In this document: positions 16,460-32,000 of the stretch, in pieces
Layout: each line of letters begins with the position of its first letter
Numbering within the stretch: the first letter of the stretch is position 1
Origin: the human T2T-CHM13v2.0 reference genome, Homo sapiens
DNA: 64,000 nucleotides
Assembly: GCF_009914755.1 (NCBI RefSeq)
Contig: NC_060937.1
Direction: 5' to 3' (one strand)
Program-made: the position numbers and the translations under genes
Notes under the pieces: model-generated
What the model saw: the letters and a program-made list of their open reading frames with translations, nothing else
The model's database searches: none
Told to the model about the DNA's origin: nothing

Positions 16460-16765
16460 ACTGCAGTGTCCAATTCAGTAGGCGCTAGCCACTTGTAACT
16501 GTTGAACACTTGGAATCCTGGCTAGTCCTAATTGAGATGTGTTGTGTTAAATACACTGGATTTTGTCATTGGAGTGGGAAGAACAGTGTAGAATAGCTGC
16601 TTGATTTTTTTTTATATTTATTACATGTTAAAATTATTACTATGATTACTATTTGGGACATACTGAGTTAAGTATATTTAAAATTAATTTCACCTTTTCT
16701 TTTAATGGGGCTTACCAGTACATTTAAAATTACGTACGTGGCTCACATATTTATTGGACAGCACG
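16460..16765. mobile_element. hAT-Charlie MITE (MER33/MER3-like)
   Basis: Ends 'cagtgtccaat...ctagccac' and 'gtggctcacatatttattggacagcac'. Confidence 0.65.
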
Positions 16766-19128
16766 TCTCTAGAAATTTAGGAAGAAATAAGAAAAATATT
16801 GAGAATAGGTAGCGACAGTAGGAAGTTTGTCCTCCTGTAAGACTGATTCCAATAAAACTAATAGGTGATAGTTTTAATTGGCTTTTTCCTACTAGAAAAA
16901 GTAAGTGTACTTTACATGCCTCTTTGTTCTCCTTCTTTCCCCTTCAATTTAGTGGTTAGCATGTATTTACTACATCAGGCTTAATATTCACTAAGCAGTG
17001 TTAAGAAGACTTAGGTAAATGATTCCCTGATGAACACACTTGATTTTCAAAGCACTTTCCTAACCCATTTTTAATAGGAATAGAGTCAAAGGTAGAAGGC
17101 TTATTAGTAGTCATCTCATTTAAATCTCATGGAATTTTCCCGCTAAATCTCAAAGTAAACAATTTGTTATAGGCTGTTTTGTCAAGTGTTTGGAAGGGAC
17201 AGCATAAGACATGTGGTACTTCATTTCCAAATTGCTTGAGATGTTTTTCATTATAATCATACATTATTTGCTTCTGGTTTTCCGGAAAAGCCAGCTAAGC
17301 CTGTGGTTCATTTAGATATAAATGAAATATCCTCAAAGGATTTCTCAAAGTGACTTATGCAACTTGAATATATATTTGTTCTGTAGGGTGTTTATTCCAA
17401 ATTACCTGGCCATTTGCTGCAATTTGCAGTTTTTTAGAAAACACCAAATATTTCTCAATTTAGAGATGTTTTAATAAAAACAGTCATATTGAACTGGCAG
17501 CAGCCAAATAAAATAGCCCTTTATTTCACAGTTCAGAATTTGAAATTGGAAGGTAATTAACATATGTAAGGATGATATATTTGCTGCCTGGCTTATAGGA
17601 ATGAGCCAAGTTGTTTTTTGAGGGATGTTGTTGCTGTGTATGTCCCACCTATTTTGCTTCCTTAATGAACAATGCAAGTTTGAGACAGAAATATTTGAGA
17701 ACATTTTTATCAGTTGCAACACTTTGATAGTGAACATTTTATATCTTCTGTCAACTTAAAATGTTTGCATCTTCTGTCAGCTTAAAATGTTTAATTTGTT
17801 ATAGCCAAATAATTTGGCTATAATTGATAATTTAATTTATCAAATTAAATTGCTTTTTTTCCCTTTAGACTTTCTTCAGTCACATCTGAATAAATCACTT
17901 AGAAGTAAGCTAGATGTAATATAATGAAATGCTTAAAAGGGCTGTGTATCTTCATATTACACTTACAGTGATTTTCTGTTGTACGCATTATATTCTACCT
18001 GCAGCTAGTTGAGGAAAAGAGAGGGCATTTAACTGCCAAGGGAACCTGAGAGGAGACTGTAGAAATCTGGAAAGTCTCTCGGGTCTTTGAGGGACTTTGG
18101 GATGCAGAGAGTGGGGCTGGGATCTCTGGCTAGGTTGGAGCCAGCCTGCATTTGTATCTTTATCTTGGAAGCAAACATAGAATGCAGAGTTAGATATGGT
18201 CTGGATGCTGCTAACTCTAGCCAACCACTAAATCTTAAGGTGGGAGAGATGCAGGCTTTGGCTGGGTGCTAAGCTGCTGTAGCTGGTTGAATGTAGAGGT
18301 CACTATCTTTTCTGAATACTTGTAAGTAAATTAAATCATTCTCTACTCCTGTATGCCTGCCAACCAAATGGGAAATCGCTATAGAAAAGATGGTTTAAAT
18401 TTTAGTCTTTGAAGTGGTTTATGCACGTTTCTGGAATCAAGATTTAATGCCGACTTGGATTGGATATTGAATATTTTTTATTTGTCTACTTTTCTCTCCA
18501 TAGGGAGCTTATAGCTTCATTGCACTGTGTGTGGCATTTGGGTCCTGTTTGGCAGCAATGACTGCCTTTCTGTTTAGTGTCTGTGTGCTATGAAGATTGC
18601 ACACAGGGGTCCAAATGCATCCTGTTTTGAGAATGTCAATGGATACACCAGTTGCTGCTTTGGATTTCACTGGTTGGTGGTAGTTGACCCACTGTTTGGA
18701 ATGCAGCCAATTTAAGTGAAGACATATCCATATATGTGGCTCTGTTACAGTGGTGAAATCTGCAACCATAAGAAGGTAGGGAAAAAGAAGCCAGATGTCT
18801 GGATGTGATTAAACTTCAGAGCTTGTTGATTACGATGATATTATATATTCTGTATCATGCTTTTTACTTTGCAAAGCATTCTATGTTATCTCATTTGCTC
18901 TAAGTATGTAGACAGGGAACTGATGAATAAAATGGTGAGTGAAATCACTTGGTCACAAAAAAAGTGATAAAAATGGGGATTACACAGTTTCTTTGACGCT
19001 TAGAATTTTTTCTCCTTCTCCCCAGCTTTTTGTTTTGAAAAAAATTCTAACATACAGAAAAGAACAGAATAGTGAGCACCTAGATTGAATAATCATTAAT
19101 GTTTTGCCATATTTGCTTGATTTTTCTT

Positions 19129-19131
<3 letters not shown>

Positions 19132-19162
<31 letters not shown>
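19132..19162. repeat. (CA)n microsatellite
   Basis: Read directly. Confidence 0.95.
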
Positions 19163-19167
<5 letters not shown>

Positions 19168-19304
19168 TTTGCCAAATCATTTGAGAGTATGGTGCAGATT
19201 TTGTGACACTCCTAAATATATAAGCTTTTATCTCCTAAGAATAAGGACATTTTTCTACATAACATCAATACCATTATTAAACCTAAGAATCCATAATATC
19301 ACCT

Positions 19305-19607
19305 GGCTGGGTGCGGTGGCTCACACCTGTAATCCCAGCACTTTGGGAGGCTGAGGTGGGTGGATCACGAGGTCAGGAGGTCGAAGCCATGCTGGCTATC
19401 ACGGTGAAACCCCGTCTCCACTAAAAATACAAAAATAAAATATCAGCCAGGCATGGTGGTGGGCACCTGTATTCCCAGCTACTCGGGAGGCTGAGGCAGG
19501 AGAATGGTGTGAACCTGGGAGGTGGAGCTTGCAGGGAGCCAAGATTGAGTCACTGTACTTTAGCCTGGAAGACAGAGCAAGACTCTGTCTCAAAAAAGAA
19601 AAAAAAA
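19305..19607 (+). mobile_element. Alu (AluY/Sc-like)
   Basis: Full dimer with poly(A). Degenerate TSD ataat(a/g)(t/c)cacct. Confidence 0.93.
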
Positions 19608-19651
19608 ACATAATGCCACCTAATATCCAGTTTATACTTAAATTTCCCTAA

Positions 19652-19917
<266 letters not shown>

Positions 19918-22580
19918 CAAGAATATCTTTATAGCTGGTATTTGTTTGTTTAGAGACAGATTTCATTCAAGATTCATGCATTTGGTTGTGATGTTTCTTG
20001 GTATTTTTTCTGAGACTTCTTGATAGATACCTGTCATGCACTGATAGAGAGTTATATCCTAACCATGTTTTGGACATTTTTATCTCTGAATAATAGCTTT
20101 TGTCATTGTTTGTTGCCTGCTCACGGGAACACTCTTAATAATAGTCTTCTTCTTCAAAATTTTTAAAAGAGTTATTCAAGAAATTCCTTTCACACATTTC
20201 TTTATTCCTTTATTAAGGTCTTAATATGCACCAGACATCATTTTTCTAGGTGATTGTAGATGAAATGGTGAAAAGGAAAGGCAAGAATGGAATTTCCTGC
20301 TAGTGGGAAGTAGAAGAGAGTATTAAAACTTTTTTCTTTCCAAGTCAAATCAGTGTCATATACATGAGAAAGCTAGGTGGTATGATGGCATTATCAGCTT
20401 GGCTTTCTCCTTAAATGAAATAGAAAGTGCCCTGTTTTACTCAGACAGTGTTTTTTTTTTCTAAAAAGCTAAAAGAAGTTAAATATTTTGAAAACAATTA
20501 ATTTCTGTTCTAAATTATTCAAATGTTATATTTGTAAAACTAGAGAAGTTTGTTCCATTGCTTCTACCAAGCATCTCAGCTTATGTAGTTGGGGCAGCTA
20601 GAAATCTAATGAACAGAATGTATATTTTAGGCTTATATAAAGTATTCTGCAACATAAGTTCAAAAATACCCCCTACCCCCTTTTTGATAAAAATAAAGTT
20701 TACTACTACTAATAAAATACAGCCAGAGGTGTGCTGGGAGTGGAGGGGGACTGAGTGAAAGAAAGTAGGAACGGGGTAAAGGCTGGGGCAAAGAGCAGGC
20801 TCTCTCCCTGCAGGGGAATATCAGGGGCCTGAAGCCAAGTTAAATGACAGCATGACTTCAGGAGGCCAGATTTGAGGGCTTTTATCTAAAATGCAGCATC
20901 GGAGTTTGGTTTAAGAGAGTAGGAAGTGATACATCTGTTACCCAAAGGACTCTTCTCTTTTTTAAATAAATTACCTGCAGAGTTTAGGCCAAAGAGGTGG
21001 GCAAGGTAGATTTGGGAAACTGTTGCTTGCTAATATCACCAAACGCTTTCTTTTTATACCTGGTGGAGGCTTTAATTGGGGCAAGGACATTTTTATATAA
21101 AGATAGAGAAAACAATCGCCTATGGAATTTGATTCCTTGCTCCATGCCCTCGCTAGCACCTCTCAAGATGCTTGATGATATTTAACATTTCTTCATAGGG
21201 AAAAAACTTTTCACCCCACAATTAGAATCAGGCTTAACTTTCTTTTTGAAAAGGTAGTATGTAATTTTTGTTAAGATATAAATTACCAAGATTTTTATAT
21301 CTTGAAACAGATTTAGATGATAGAGTGGGGTAGGTGGTGGTTGGTGGGAAGGGGTAGTTTTTTAGAGAGGGTATTAAGAGTTGGAAATTTCAATGTGAGA
21401 GAGGTGAAGGTTTGAAAATAAGTAAGAAAAGCACTAAAAGGCTGAAGTCAAGGGCCTCTGAGAGCCAGGATGATAGATTCTATTTCACAGTTTAACACAG
21501 GATCAGCATAGACCAAAGCAAGTTTGTAACTAAGGCAATGAAGATCATCTGTCTCCTCCCTTCCCCATTAATTGTGAACTTTAGTTTTATAAGCTCCTAA
21601 GAGGCAGAAAACAAATTGGAGCCTCGTCTTCTATTTGGGAGTGTATGGCATGTATTTATTGTCCTAGGTGCTGGGTTTATTTCTTTCAGCTAATGACAGT
21701 TTTCCATGCTTTATGGTAAGTGACCATAAAGTAAGTGGTAAGTGACTTACCCTTCAGGCAGTTCAGCCCAGGACAGTCAGCAGAAGACTGTTTCCAGACC
21801 CCACCTGCTAGTTACAGATCATCCCTGATAGAGCAGAGAGGGGTGACCAGGTAGTGACTTTATAGTCAGTGGAGGCAAAGCCCATTTTTGGACAGTTCAT
21901 TGAGGGCTTACAGATAAAAGGTTCACAAATTATGCAGTGAGCTGGATGGAGTGTGAAGCGTATTTATGGGTCGTGCACATACATAATAGGTTTACTTTTT
22001 GAGATTTGAAAACATGTTTTAACCTTAACCTAGGATTCCCACCTGATTTAAACCTCTTATTTGTCTAATGTCAGCCAAAAATGTGAGTATGACATACAAA
22101 GAGAAATACATCAAGGACTTTTCATCCTCAAAGTTTGCCAGTGATGGTGGAGAGTGTCAGAATTGGTGAGTAGCCTAATCAAACTTTTTTGCTCTGCATG
22201 CAGTGGCAGACAGTCCCTTTGCTGTTCCTTTGGGACATGCAGACTATTAAAGTGCCACCATCATTTTATCTCTCAGTGAGCAGTAGTTTTAATGCTACTG
22301 CAGTGGTGGGCGCTCTGGGCGTTGTCATCCTCACCTGAGGACAAGCAGCTTTGTTTTGGATCATGTATCTGTTATTGTGATGGAGCCATTTATTTTTCAG
22401 GGAATGATGCCAAATGATGTTTGTCCCTTTGCTTTACATTTTTATAGCTAGGTCTTTGAAGCTGAACTGGAGGAACTTCTCAGCCAATACTGTCTTCTCA
22501 AACCAAAAGTTGACAGTTGCAGAAGACACGTTTTTTAGTGTCATGGCAACCAAGCAACATATTACCTTAAATTAAATTTA

Positions 22581-23857
22581 GAGGTTGAGCATCCCTAATC
22601 TGAAAATCTGAAATTTGAAATGCTTCAAAATCTGAAACTTTTTGAGCACTGACATGACACCACATGTGGATTTTGATGGATGTCCCAGTCAAAGTGCAGG
22701 TGAACAACACACAGTTTATTTGATGTTCTCTAGTGGAAAAAGACCCTCTCAGCCCCCTTCAGCTGCAGTATAACTTTTCTACACATGCTCAGATTTCCCC
22801 ATGCAAGCACCCACACAAAGGGTCACAGAATGGCACATGTGCAAGCTGGACATGCCAATGGCAGGATCCCCACAGATGGGACCTAAGTGCATTACTCATT
22901 GTGTATTTTTGCTTATTCTCTGCTCTGTGGTGTTAACATACTGAAAATGTCAATAAGACCTGTAGGTATCCCTGCGAGCAGCAATGATAAGGAAAAGTAG
23001 AAACACTTAGAACACAGAAAGTCAAGCTGTTGGAGAAATTGGACTGTAGTGTAAAGGTATAGATGACATGGTGAAAATGTGTGATAGAGATATTGAAGAT
23101 ATTGAAGGACTAGAGCTACCTGCATTCATAACAGAACAAGAGGTCATGTCAGTTTATAAAATTAAAGAGAGACTTCCAAGACAAAAGCCCTTGATAATGA
23201 GGCAGATGACTCTGGAGAAACATTATAAAAAGCCATCTGGCAGAATGCCTCCTCAGCCTCAGAGGACTCACCTCCTAGTTGCTCAACTCCTGATATTTCT
23301 TCTCACCTAAAAAAAGAAAAAAAAAATACAATGTACAGTAACCTTTTAATCAAAACGCAGCCTTGTAGGTGGAGCCTGAAAGCTTGCCATTGTTTATACA
23401 GCTGTTTAACAGCTGATGCAGGTATTCTGGTGATGCTACTGTGTTGCTTATTATTTTTTACTGTATTAATGTCATGTCATATTTTTACTTATGTGTGAAT
23501 AATTGTGTGAAAATGATTGCTCATCAGTAGCATATAAATTCAGAGTCAGAAATGATGGTCAGTGACATCAGACAGCCACAGATTTTCCACATGGAAGCTG
23601 AGATAGTGACACCTTTGCTTTCTGATGGTTCCATGTACACAAACTTTGTTTCATTCACAAAATTATTTGAAATATTATATAAAATTACCTTTAGGCTATG
23701 TGTATAAGATATATGAAACATAAGTGAATTTCACGTTTAGACTTGGATCTCATCGCCAAGATACCTCACGTAGATGCAAATATAAAATCCAAAAAAAAAT
23801 TCCGAAACCCTAAACACTTCTGGTTCCAAACATTTCAGATAAGGGATACTCAATCTG
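22581..23857. mobile_element. Tigger4/Zombi (MER46 family) DNA transposon, internally deleted
   Basis: TIRs 'gaggttgagcatccctaatctgaaa' and 'tttcagataagggatactcaatctg', preceded by TA. Confidence 0.75.
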
Positions 23858-24358
23858 CATATATAAAATATTTATGTATCACATACATAGTATGTATATA
23901 ATATGAATTTCCATTCCTCTACAGGTTACTATTCTGGTACATTCCCATTATATTCTGTTTATCAGACTGCAACTAAAACTTTCATGGGTTCAGCTTTATG
24001 TTGAACAGAATTTGCAGAATTATGAGTTGAAGCAAACCCTAGTTTGATAATGCTATGATTCTCCTAAATCACCAAAGTGCATGAAATGATTTTAAGGCTC
24101 CAGAAATACTGAAGCAACTTTGTGATAAAAAATTATTAGTGGATGCACAAGGAGTCTATAATGTTTTGGTTTTGCTATTGCTTCCTAAGGTGCAGTACCA
24201 GTTTGAATTTGAATACCAGACCAAAGTGGATGGTGAGATAATCCTTCATCTTTATGACAAAGGAGGAATTGAGCAAACAATTTGTATGTTGGATGGTGTG
24301 TTTGCATTTCTTTTACTGGATTCTGCCAATAAGAAAGTGTCCCTGGACAGATACGTAA

Positions 24359-24481
<123 letters not shown>

Positions 24482-24789
24482 TAAATTATATCTGAAAATC
24501 TCTTAGCAATCCAGAATTTTACAAGTGACTAATTAAGTTGTGAGTTCTTACCTTTTTAAAAAAAACAGAGTAGTTTTACTCTCCTTTTCAGCACTTAAAT
24601 TCCGTAATCCTTGAAGGATGGGTCTTTAGTGTAGTCATTTATTTTTGGTGTGCTAATATGCTCTGCATATAGCTTGATCATAAGTGCAGTTTTAAGTTTT
24701 CCTGTGTCATACTGTAATGATAGGGTTGGCTCTGCAATTATTGCCCTGCGGTGCTTTGCTGAAGTTATAGCACAGCAAATATTAGGATT

Positions 24790-27480
24790 TCTAAAACAGC
24801 TTTATTGGCAGTTCACATGCCATGTAATTCACCCACTCGAAGTATATAGTTCAGTGGTTTTTAGTATATTCACAGATGTTGGGAAACAACACTCCAATCA
24901 ATTTTAGAATTGTTTTTCCACCTCAAAAAAAAATCCTATGCCCTTTAGCTTATTTTCTTTCTATTTATTTATTTATTTATTTTAAGAGATGGGGTCTTGC
25001 TCAGTCGACCAGCCCAGGCTGGAGTACAGTGGTGTAATCATAGCTTAGTGCAGCCTTGAACTCCTGGGCTCAAGCAATCCTCCCATCTCAGCCTCCCTAG
25101 TAGCTACGAGTACAGGCATGGACCACAACACCCTGCCTCCTGTGCCGTTTAGCTTTCAATTCTGTCTCTCTACATACATCATCTGCACCCCCGCAGTTGT
25201 AGCACTGGCAATCACCAATCTTTCTGCCTCTGGATTCCCTATTGCCTGTGTTTCATATAAATGGGATTATCTATCATATGGGCTTTTGTTACTGGATTCT
25301 TTCACTTGGCATAATGCTTGCAAGGTTTGTCTATGCTGTGACATGTATCAGTACTTACTTTTTATGGCCACATGATACTCTGTACATGGATACACTGGAT
25401 TTTGTTTATGCACTTGTCAGTTGATGGATATTTAGGACATTGTTTACCCCTTTTGGCTATTATGAATAATGCTGCTATAAACATTGGTGTATAAGTTTTT
25501 GTGTAGACATTTGTCTTCGGTGTTTATCTAGGAGCAGAATTGCTCAGATGTATATAACTGTCTAATTGAGGAACTGCCAAACTACTTTTTGAAATGGCTG
25601 CATTATTTTTTATTCCCTCCAGCAGTGTATTAAAATTTAAGTTTCTCCACATCTTCACAAACACTTACTGTGTGACTTTTTAATTGTAGCTATTATAATG
25701 TATGTGAAATTGTATCTCCTTGTGGTTTTGATTTGTATTTTCCTATTGAAGGTAATGTCCAGTGTCTTTTCTCATGCTTATTGGCCATGTGTATATCTTC
25801 TTTGGGGAAATATTTGTTGAGATCTTTTGTCATTTTTTTTTCCTGCTAGGGATCATTTTATTTTAAAAACAATAGACTTTTTTTTAGCAGTTTTAGAAAA
25901 AATAGAGAGAAAAGTGCAGAGAGTCCACATATGCTCCCCTACAGTGCCCCCGCCCAGTTTTCCCAACTCTTAACACCTTGCACTACTGTGCTAAATTGAT
26001 TAGATTTGATGAACTGATACTTATATCTGAAATTCATAGTTTACTTCAGGGTTCACTCTGTGTTTTATAGATTTTTGGATTTGACAAATGTATAATGTCA
26101 TGTACCCACCATTATAGTATTATGTAGAACAGTTTCATTGCCCTAAAAATCTCCTGTGCTCCACTGAGTCATTCCTCCACCTCCTCTTCCTCCCAAACCC
26201 CCGGTCATTACTAATCTTTTTACTCTCTAATTTTGCCTCTCCCAGAATGTCATATAATAGATCATGTAGTATGTATCCTTTTCAGACTGGCTTCTTTCAC
26301 CCAGCAGTATACATTTAGGGTTCTTCTGTGCTTTTTCATGGCTTGATAGCTCATTTTTTAAATTGCAGAATAATATTCCATTTGTTTGCATGTATTGCAG
26401 TTTGTTTATCCATTCTTGAATTATCTATCTCTAATTGGGTTGTTTTGTCTTTTTATTACAGAATTGTAATTGTTCCTTATGTATGCCAGACACAAATCCC
26501 TTGTGTTCATCAGGGTTGCAGGATTCAAGATCAATATACAAAAATCAATAGTATTTGACACACTTTAACTGAATACTACATACTCACAATGAGCAATCAG
26601 AAAATGAAATTAAGAAAGCAACTTCATTTATCATAGCATCAACAAGAATAAAATACTAATAAATTTAAGAAGTGTAAAACTTGTACTCTGAAAACTATAA
26701 AACATTGTTGAAAGAAATGAAAGAAGATCTAAATAAATGTAAAAGTATCCCATGATCATGAACCTAAGGCTTAACATTGTTAAGAAGGCAGTACTCCCTA
26801 AACTCATCTACAGATTTAACTTCATCCCTGTCAGAATCCCAGATGAGTTCTCTGTAAAATCGACAAGCTGACTCTGAAATTCATATGGAATTGCAAGGGA
26901 CTAAGAATAGCCAAAATAATCTTTTGAAAATGAGAAACAAAGTAGAAGAACTCATACTTACTGACTTTAAAACTTACTACAAGACAATGGTAATCAGGAC
27001 AATATAATACTAGCAGAAGGATAGATGTATAGACCAGTGGGATAGAATTGAGAGTCAGATATGAACCCGTACATATATAACCACTGCTTTTGACAAGAGT
27101 GCCAAGATTATTCAGTGGGGAAAGAAGTTTGAGAACTGGCACAAGGACAACTAGATATGTAAACATATGCAAAACCTGGAGTAGGACCTTTACCCAACAC
27201 CATATACAAAAACTATGGGTGCAAAGTAATTGGATCAAATGGATCCATTTTGAGCTAATCCACATAAATGTAAGGACTAAAACTATAAAATCCTGAGAAG
27301 CAAACATAGAAGTAAATTGTCATGACCTTGAATTTGGCAAAGTTTTCTTAAATATGAGACCAGCAACAAGAATAAAAATTGATGAACTGGACTTCATCAA
27401 AATTAAACATTTTTGCACTTCAAAGGACACCATCAAGAAAGTGAAAAGACAACTCACAAGATGGAAGAAAATACTTGTAA
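24790..27480. mobile_element. Cluster of L1M fragments in both orientations, with an antisense Alu monomer (FRAM-like) at ~24962-25137
   Basis: L1 ORF2 motifs such as 'caagatcaatatacaaaaatcaatagtattt' and 'gactttaaaacttactacaag', plus antisense L1 3' UTR motifs. Confidence 0.75.
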
Positions 27481-27521
27481 ATCATGTGTAGCACTTTTTG
27501 ATGATAAACTTGAGGAAGACT

Positions 27522-27822
27522 TTTTTATTTCTTATTTTTATTATACTTTAAGTTCTAGGGTACATGTGCACAATGTGCAGGTTTGTTACATATGTATACA
27601 TGTGCCATGTTGGTGTGCCGCACCCATTATCTCATCATTTACATTAGGTATATCTCCTAATGCTATCCCTCCTCCCTCCCCCCACCCCACGACAGGCCCC
27701 GGTGTGTGATGTTCCCCATCCTGTGTCCGAGTGTTCTCATTGTTCAATTTCCACCTATGAATGAGAACATGTGGTGTTTGGTTTTCTGTCCTTGCGATAG
27801 TTTGCTCAGAATGATGGTTTCC
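27522..27822 (-). mobile_element. Young L1PA 3' end, heavily 5'-truncated
   Basis: 'ttattatactttaagttctagggtacatgtgcacaatgtgcaggtttgttacatatgtatacatgtgccatg'. Confidence 0.92.
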
Positions 27823-28919
27823 ATATATATATATATAGTCAGTTGCTAGGACTGCTGGGCAAGCCTGGGAAAGAGAGTACCTGGGGAAAGCAGCCTCCTG
27901 CTCCCCCGTGCCTTCTTTGAGCCTGATGTTCATTTGATGTGGTACTATATAATCACATCCAGTTTACCCTTTGAAATTCCTTGATTTTTCTTTTCTATAT
28001 CCTTGACACTGTCCTTTTACAGACCACATAATCTTATCTGGAATACTACAACAGTTTTCTTTTCTCAGTGCTTTTAGAATAACCTGTCAAAAACTCATCT
28101 GACTATAGTAGTACCTGCTTACAACCTTTTAATTACTCCCCATTCCCTACCAGGCTGTGTAACTCACTTGAGCTCTGCTAGGTGGTGAGGGAATCTGGGT
28201 CCTTTTTCTGGTATTTGAATTCAGTGCTACGTAGGTTACTGGCTGGGTTGACAATCTCAAATTGTAAATCATGAGTATATATGTAGATAGTCTGTCACGA
28301 TTTACAATAAAACATTGACATGTCAGAGATCATGGTGATGTGAGGTTGGGTACTGTCTGTGAGAATTAATTGAGGAAATTTAAATTATATGGTTTTATTT
28401 ACATAGAGTGTATAACAACTAGTTAAGGGATAGATGTCTTCTTATCTGACTTTCAAGTATCTAAGAGTGGATTATTGTGCTTGTTAAAGTTCTGGGAACC
28501 ATGGATATTTTCTGAAAATACCTCAGTGATGAGAAATGAATGACTACCAGCCTCTCATAACATTAGGACTCCAGTTCATCCCTTTGCTTCATAAGTGTGT
28601 CTTTTCCTTTTGTATATATTTGCTTTAGTGTAGAAAATAGGTTTTCTTGATTAGAAATCTAAAAAGAATAAATTGAAAACTGGAGATTTTTCTATTGCTT
28701 TGGATTACCAAAATTAATGTAATTTGGCAGTATATCCCTGTGCCATTATTGTCTCTCTGGTAAGTAGATGGTAGGGTTTTGGGTGATTAAATTTTTTTTT
28801 TCCTATTTTGCTTATTTAATGGGCATGTGTTTGTATTAAAAAGGGGAAAATACATAGGAATGTAGAAGATGTTAACTAATCGTGAAAGTTATTGGGAAGG
28901 GTTACCTAATTTAAAAGTT

Positions 28920-29072
28920 GGCCAGCCATGGCAACACTGTCTGTAGTCCCAGCTGTGGGGGAGGCTGAGGCAAGAGGATGGCTTGAGTTTAGAGGATGGA
29001 GGTTACAGTGAGCTATGATTGTGCCACTGTACTTCAGCCTGAGGGACAGAGCCAGACCCTGTCTCAGAAAAA
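28920..29072 (+). mobile_element. Alu monomer (FRAM/AluJ-like) at the AT-rich to GC-rich junction, followed by an MLT1-like fragment (~29140-29270)
   Basis: 'gtagtcccagct..gaggctgaggcaagaggatggcttgag...gtgagctatgattgtgccactgtac'. MLT1-like 'atttattctctcacagttctggaggc'. Confidence 0.75.
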
Positions 29073-32000
29073 CCTAGAACAACAACAAACAGAGAGAGGA
29101 GCCTGGACGAATTGAGCAATATTAGTGTCCAGGAGCTGCTGTAGTGATGGCTTACAACATCAGGAATTTATTCTCTCACAGTTCTGGAGGCCACAAGTCC
29201 AAAATCAAGGTGTGGGCAGAAATGCACTCCCTCTGCAGACTCTTGGGGAGGATTCTTGTTTCTTCCAGCTCTGCGACTGTGGTGCCTGCAGCCATTGGAA
29301 CCAGCTCTGCACGGCTCAGACCTGGGTGATGAGGACACAGCTTTGCAGGTGGGCAGCCACATCCCCAAGGGGAGACTGTGGGCCTGTGACAGGATAGGGG
29401 CAAGCAGGGCAGGGGCTCCCCATTGTTGCTCCTGAGCTCCTGGGGCTCGTGGAGAAAGACAGGTGGATGCGCACATACTGCAGCTCCCTGGATCTGAGCC
29501 TTGGTTTCCTTACCTGTGAAATGGGCACCCAAGGCAGCTCAGAAGTGTCTGGGAGCATCCCCTGTGGGGGAAGGTGTGGGGGGCTGCTGGGCCACAGTCA
29601 TGGGGAACCCCAGTCCCCCTCTCCATGTGCTTCCTTCAATGCTCCCTGATGCCAGAAGACCTGCCCCTGAACAGAGAGGGGCATTCTTGTGAGATCCTTG
29701 TGTGGGGGTTTGGTCACAGAGACTCCCCAAGTGCAGGGCAGGGTGGAGGGAGGCTGAAGGGTGGTTGAATGGACAGGAGAAGAGCTCTCTCCAGTCCCTA
29801 GGGTCTGGGTGGCCTGGGGAGCATCCATTTGGGCAGGCAGCTGGCAGGGCTGGTGGCTGAGCCACTGTGGCTCGGGGACCCCAGGTGTCTCCTGGACAGA
29901 AAGAGCCCTGGTCACTCATGGCTGCAGCATAGCCATGGCGACAGGAAAGTGCTGCTGTACATTGTGCTCCTGGGGCTGGCTCCCAATGGACACCCAATGG
30001 TATCTCCCCCACTGTAATCTGGGATGCTGGCAGGGGTGATGGGCACTGGGGTAAGAGCCTTGGCAAGCCCTTCGCTCCCTGGGTGTGAGACCTTGGGCTC
30101 CTGGATGCCTGGGTTTCTGTGTCCTATTTTTCCCATGGAAGATGTTTGGGGTGCTCCCACGAAATGGGGAGGGCCCTGGGGGGTCAGGATTGTATTATTA
30201 AAGCCAGAAAGTCTGGGGTTCCATTTTTAGCACAAGGCAGGCAGCCCATGAGCCACAGCCCAGTGGCCAGCCTGTGTGGGAGGGGAGTGGGGGTCTGAAG
30301 GAGTGAGGATCCTGTTACCGCAGGCTCCACTGCAGCCCTCCAGGGTGGCCGTGTGGGCTGGACAGTGGGCACTGCACCAGGGGCTCTGGCGCCGACCTTG
30401 AGCCATGCATCTGATGCCTGTGAGAGTGATCTCTAGGAGCCACTGCACAGGGGGCAGATGAGGGAACCCCGACATGGGACAGCCGAGGGCGACCCCAACA
30501 CGGAGGGGGCAGCTGTGTCCAGGCTCCACTGGATTCCACAGAGGACAGAACACAGCTCTGACTCTAGGATGTGGGCTCACTGAGGGTCAGGACAGGCTGG
30601 GGTTGGGAGAGGGCTATGCTGCAGCTGGGCCACATCCCACCTGCACCCCTCAGATGGCAGGGCCTGGATGTCTCCATCCCCACCCTGACCCGGTCAGTAA
30701 CAGCCACAGGCCAGCAGCCCCCAGCAACCGCTCCCTCCCTGAACTGCCGGGGACAGGAGGTACCATAGTCTCTTCTAGGCAAGAGCTGCTGGAGCCTTCT
30801 TTATTCTTGTGCTAGAAGCCCAGGGTGGGGAGAGGAGCCTGAGAACAGCCCAGTGTGGGCATCCACCTTCCTGCCCACTTTGGAGGTCTGAATCACCTCC
30901 GGCCACTCTCCCAATCCCCAGGAGCCAAGAGGCTTCCTGGAGCAAGCCACACCTGATCTCCACCATGGGTAGGAGTTCAAGGCCAGGCCAACGGGGACTC
31001 CACAGAGGGGCCTGTGGGTTAGCTGCAGCTGCCAGTGTCCAGATGGCCTCAGGGGTGGGGGTTGGACAATCTGGAGGTCAGCAGGGAATTCAGCATGAGG
31101 AGACAGCCCTTAGGGCTCTGGCCCAGCAGCCCCAGGTGCTGGCTCTGCACTGAGTCATGAAGTTTGTGGGCCAGGGGCGTTGGCCTCTCTCTAGCTGGGA
31201 GTGACTTCCATCACTGCTGTCATTAGCCTCCCCTGCATCAACCTGTCCCTGGGGTGGGAGCACAGTGGGCGCAGGGACCGTCAAGCCTCAGTTTTCCCTG
31301 CTGTAAAATGCATGTGATAGTGAGGCGGTCATGAGGCCTGAAGGAGTTAAAACCTGCCATGTGATCAGGATGGCACCTAGCTCGGTGCCTCCTAGCCTGG
31401 TGCCACCATCCGGCATCAGAGATGAAATACGTCTCCCAGGCCCCCTCCCCTGGCATCCTCCACACTCAGCTCTCCATCAGCCACACCCTCCAGGGTGGGA
31501 CAAGGAGGTCCTGAGACTGATGGGGACCCGACAGGGCTGGGCAGCACCACCTGGGCCTAGGCGATAATGGGAGCCTGAGTGTGGGGCCTGCAGGGAGGGA
31601 GCCATTGTTTCTTGGGCTTCTTAGTGGCTACTTCCCTAAAGTCTGGGAGAAGTACTGCTGCTCAAGAGGGGACAGTGCCAGCAGCTCCCTCTGAGGCTGG
31701 GGTGGGCACAGCATAGGGGGTCCTCACCCCCACCCACCTCCCATGGAGGTTCCTGGCTCTCTTGGAGGACTCCTCGCTACTGTGCTGAGGCTGGCACCAG
31801 GGCTGACCAGGCCCAGGATGGTGTTGGACCACCTGCATCCCCCTGCAGCAGGCAGGGAGGGCACTGCAGACACCACCCTCCCACAGCTGACCCCTCCCTG
31901 GCCATCGTGTCTAGGGTGGCAGGGTGTGAAGCCCCCACCCAACAACCTCCCCCAGCTCAGGGGCCTTTGAGTTCACCACCATCTGCCTCACTGCAGGTTT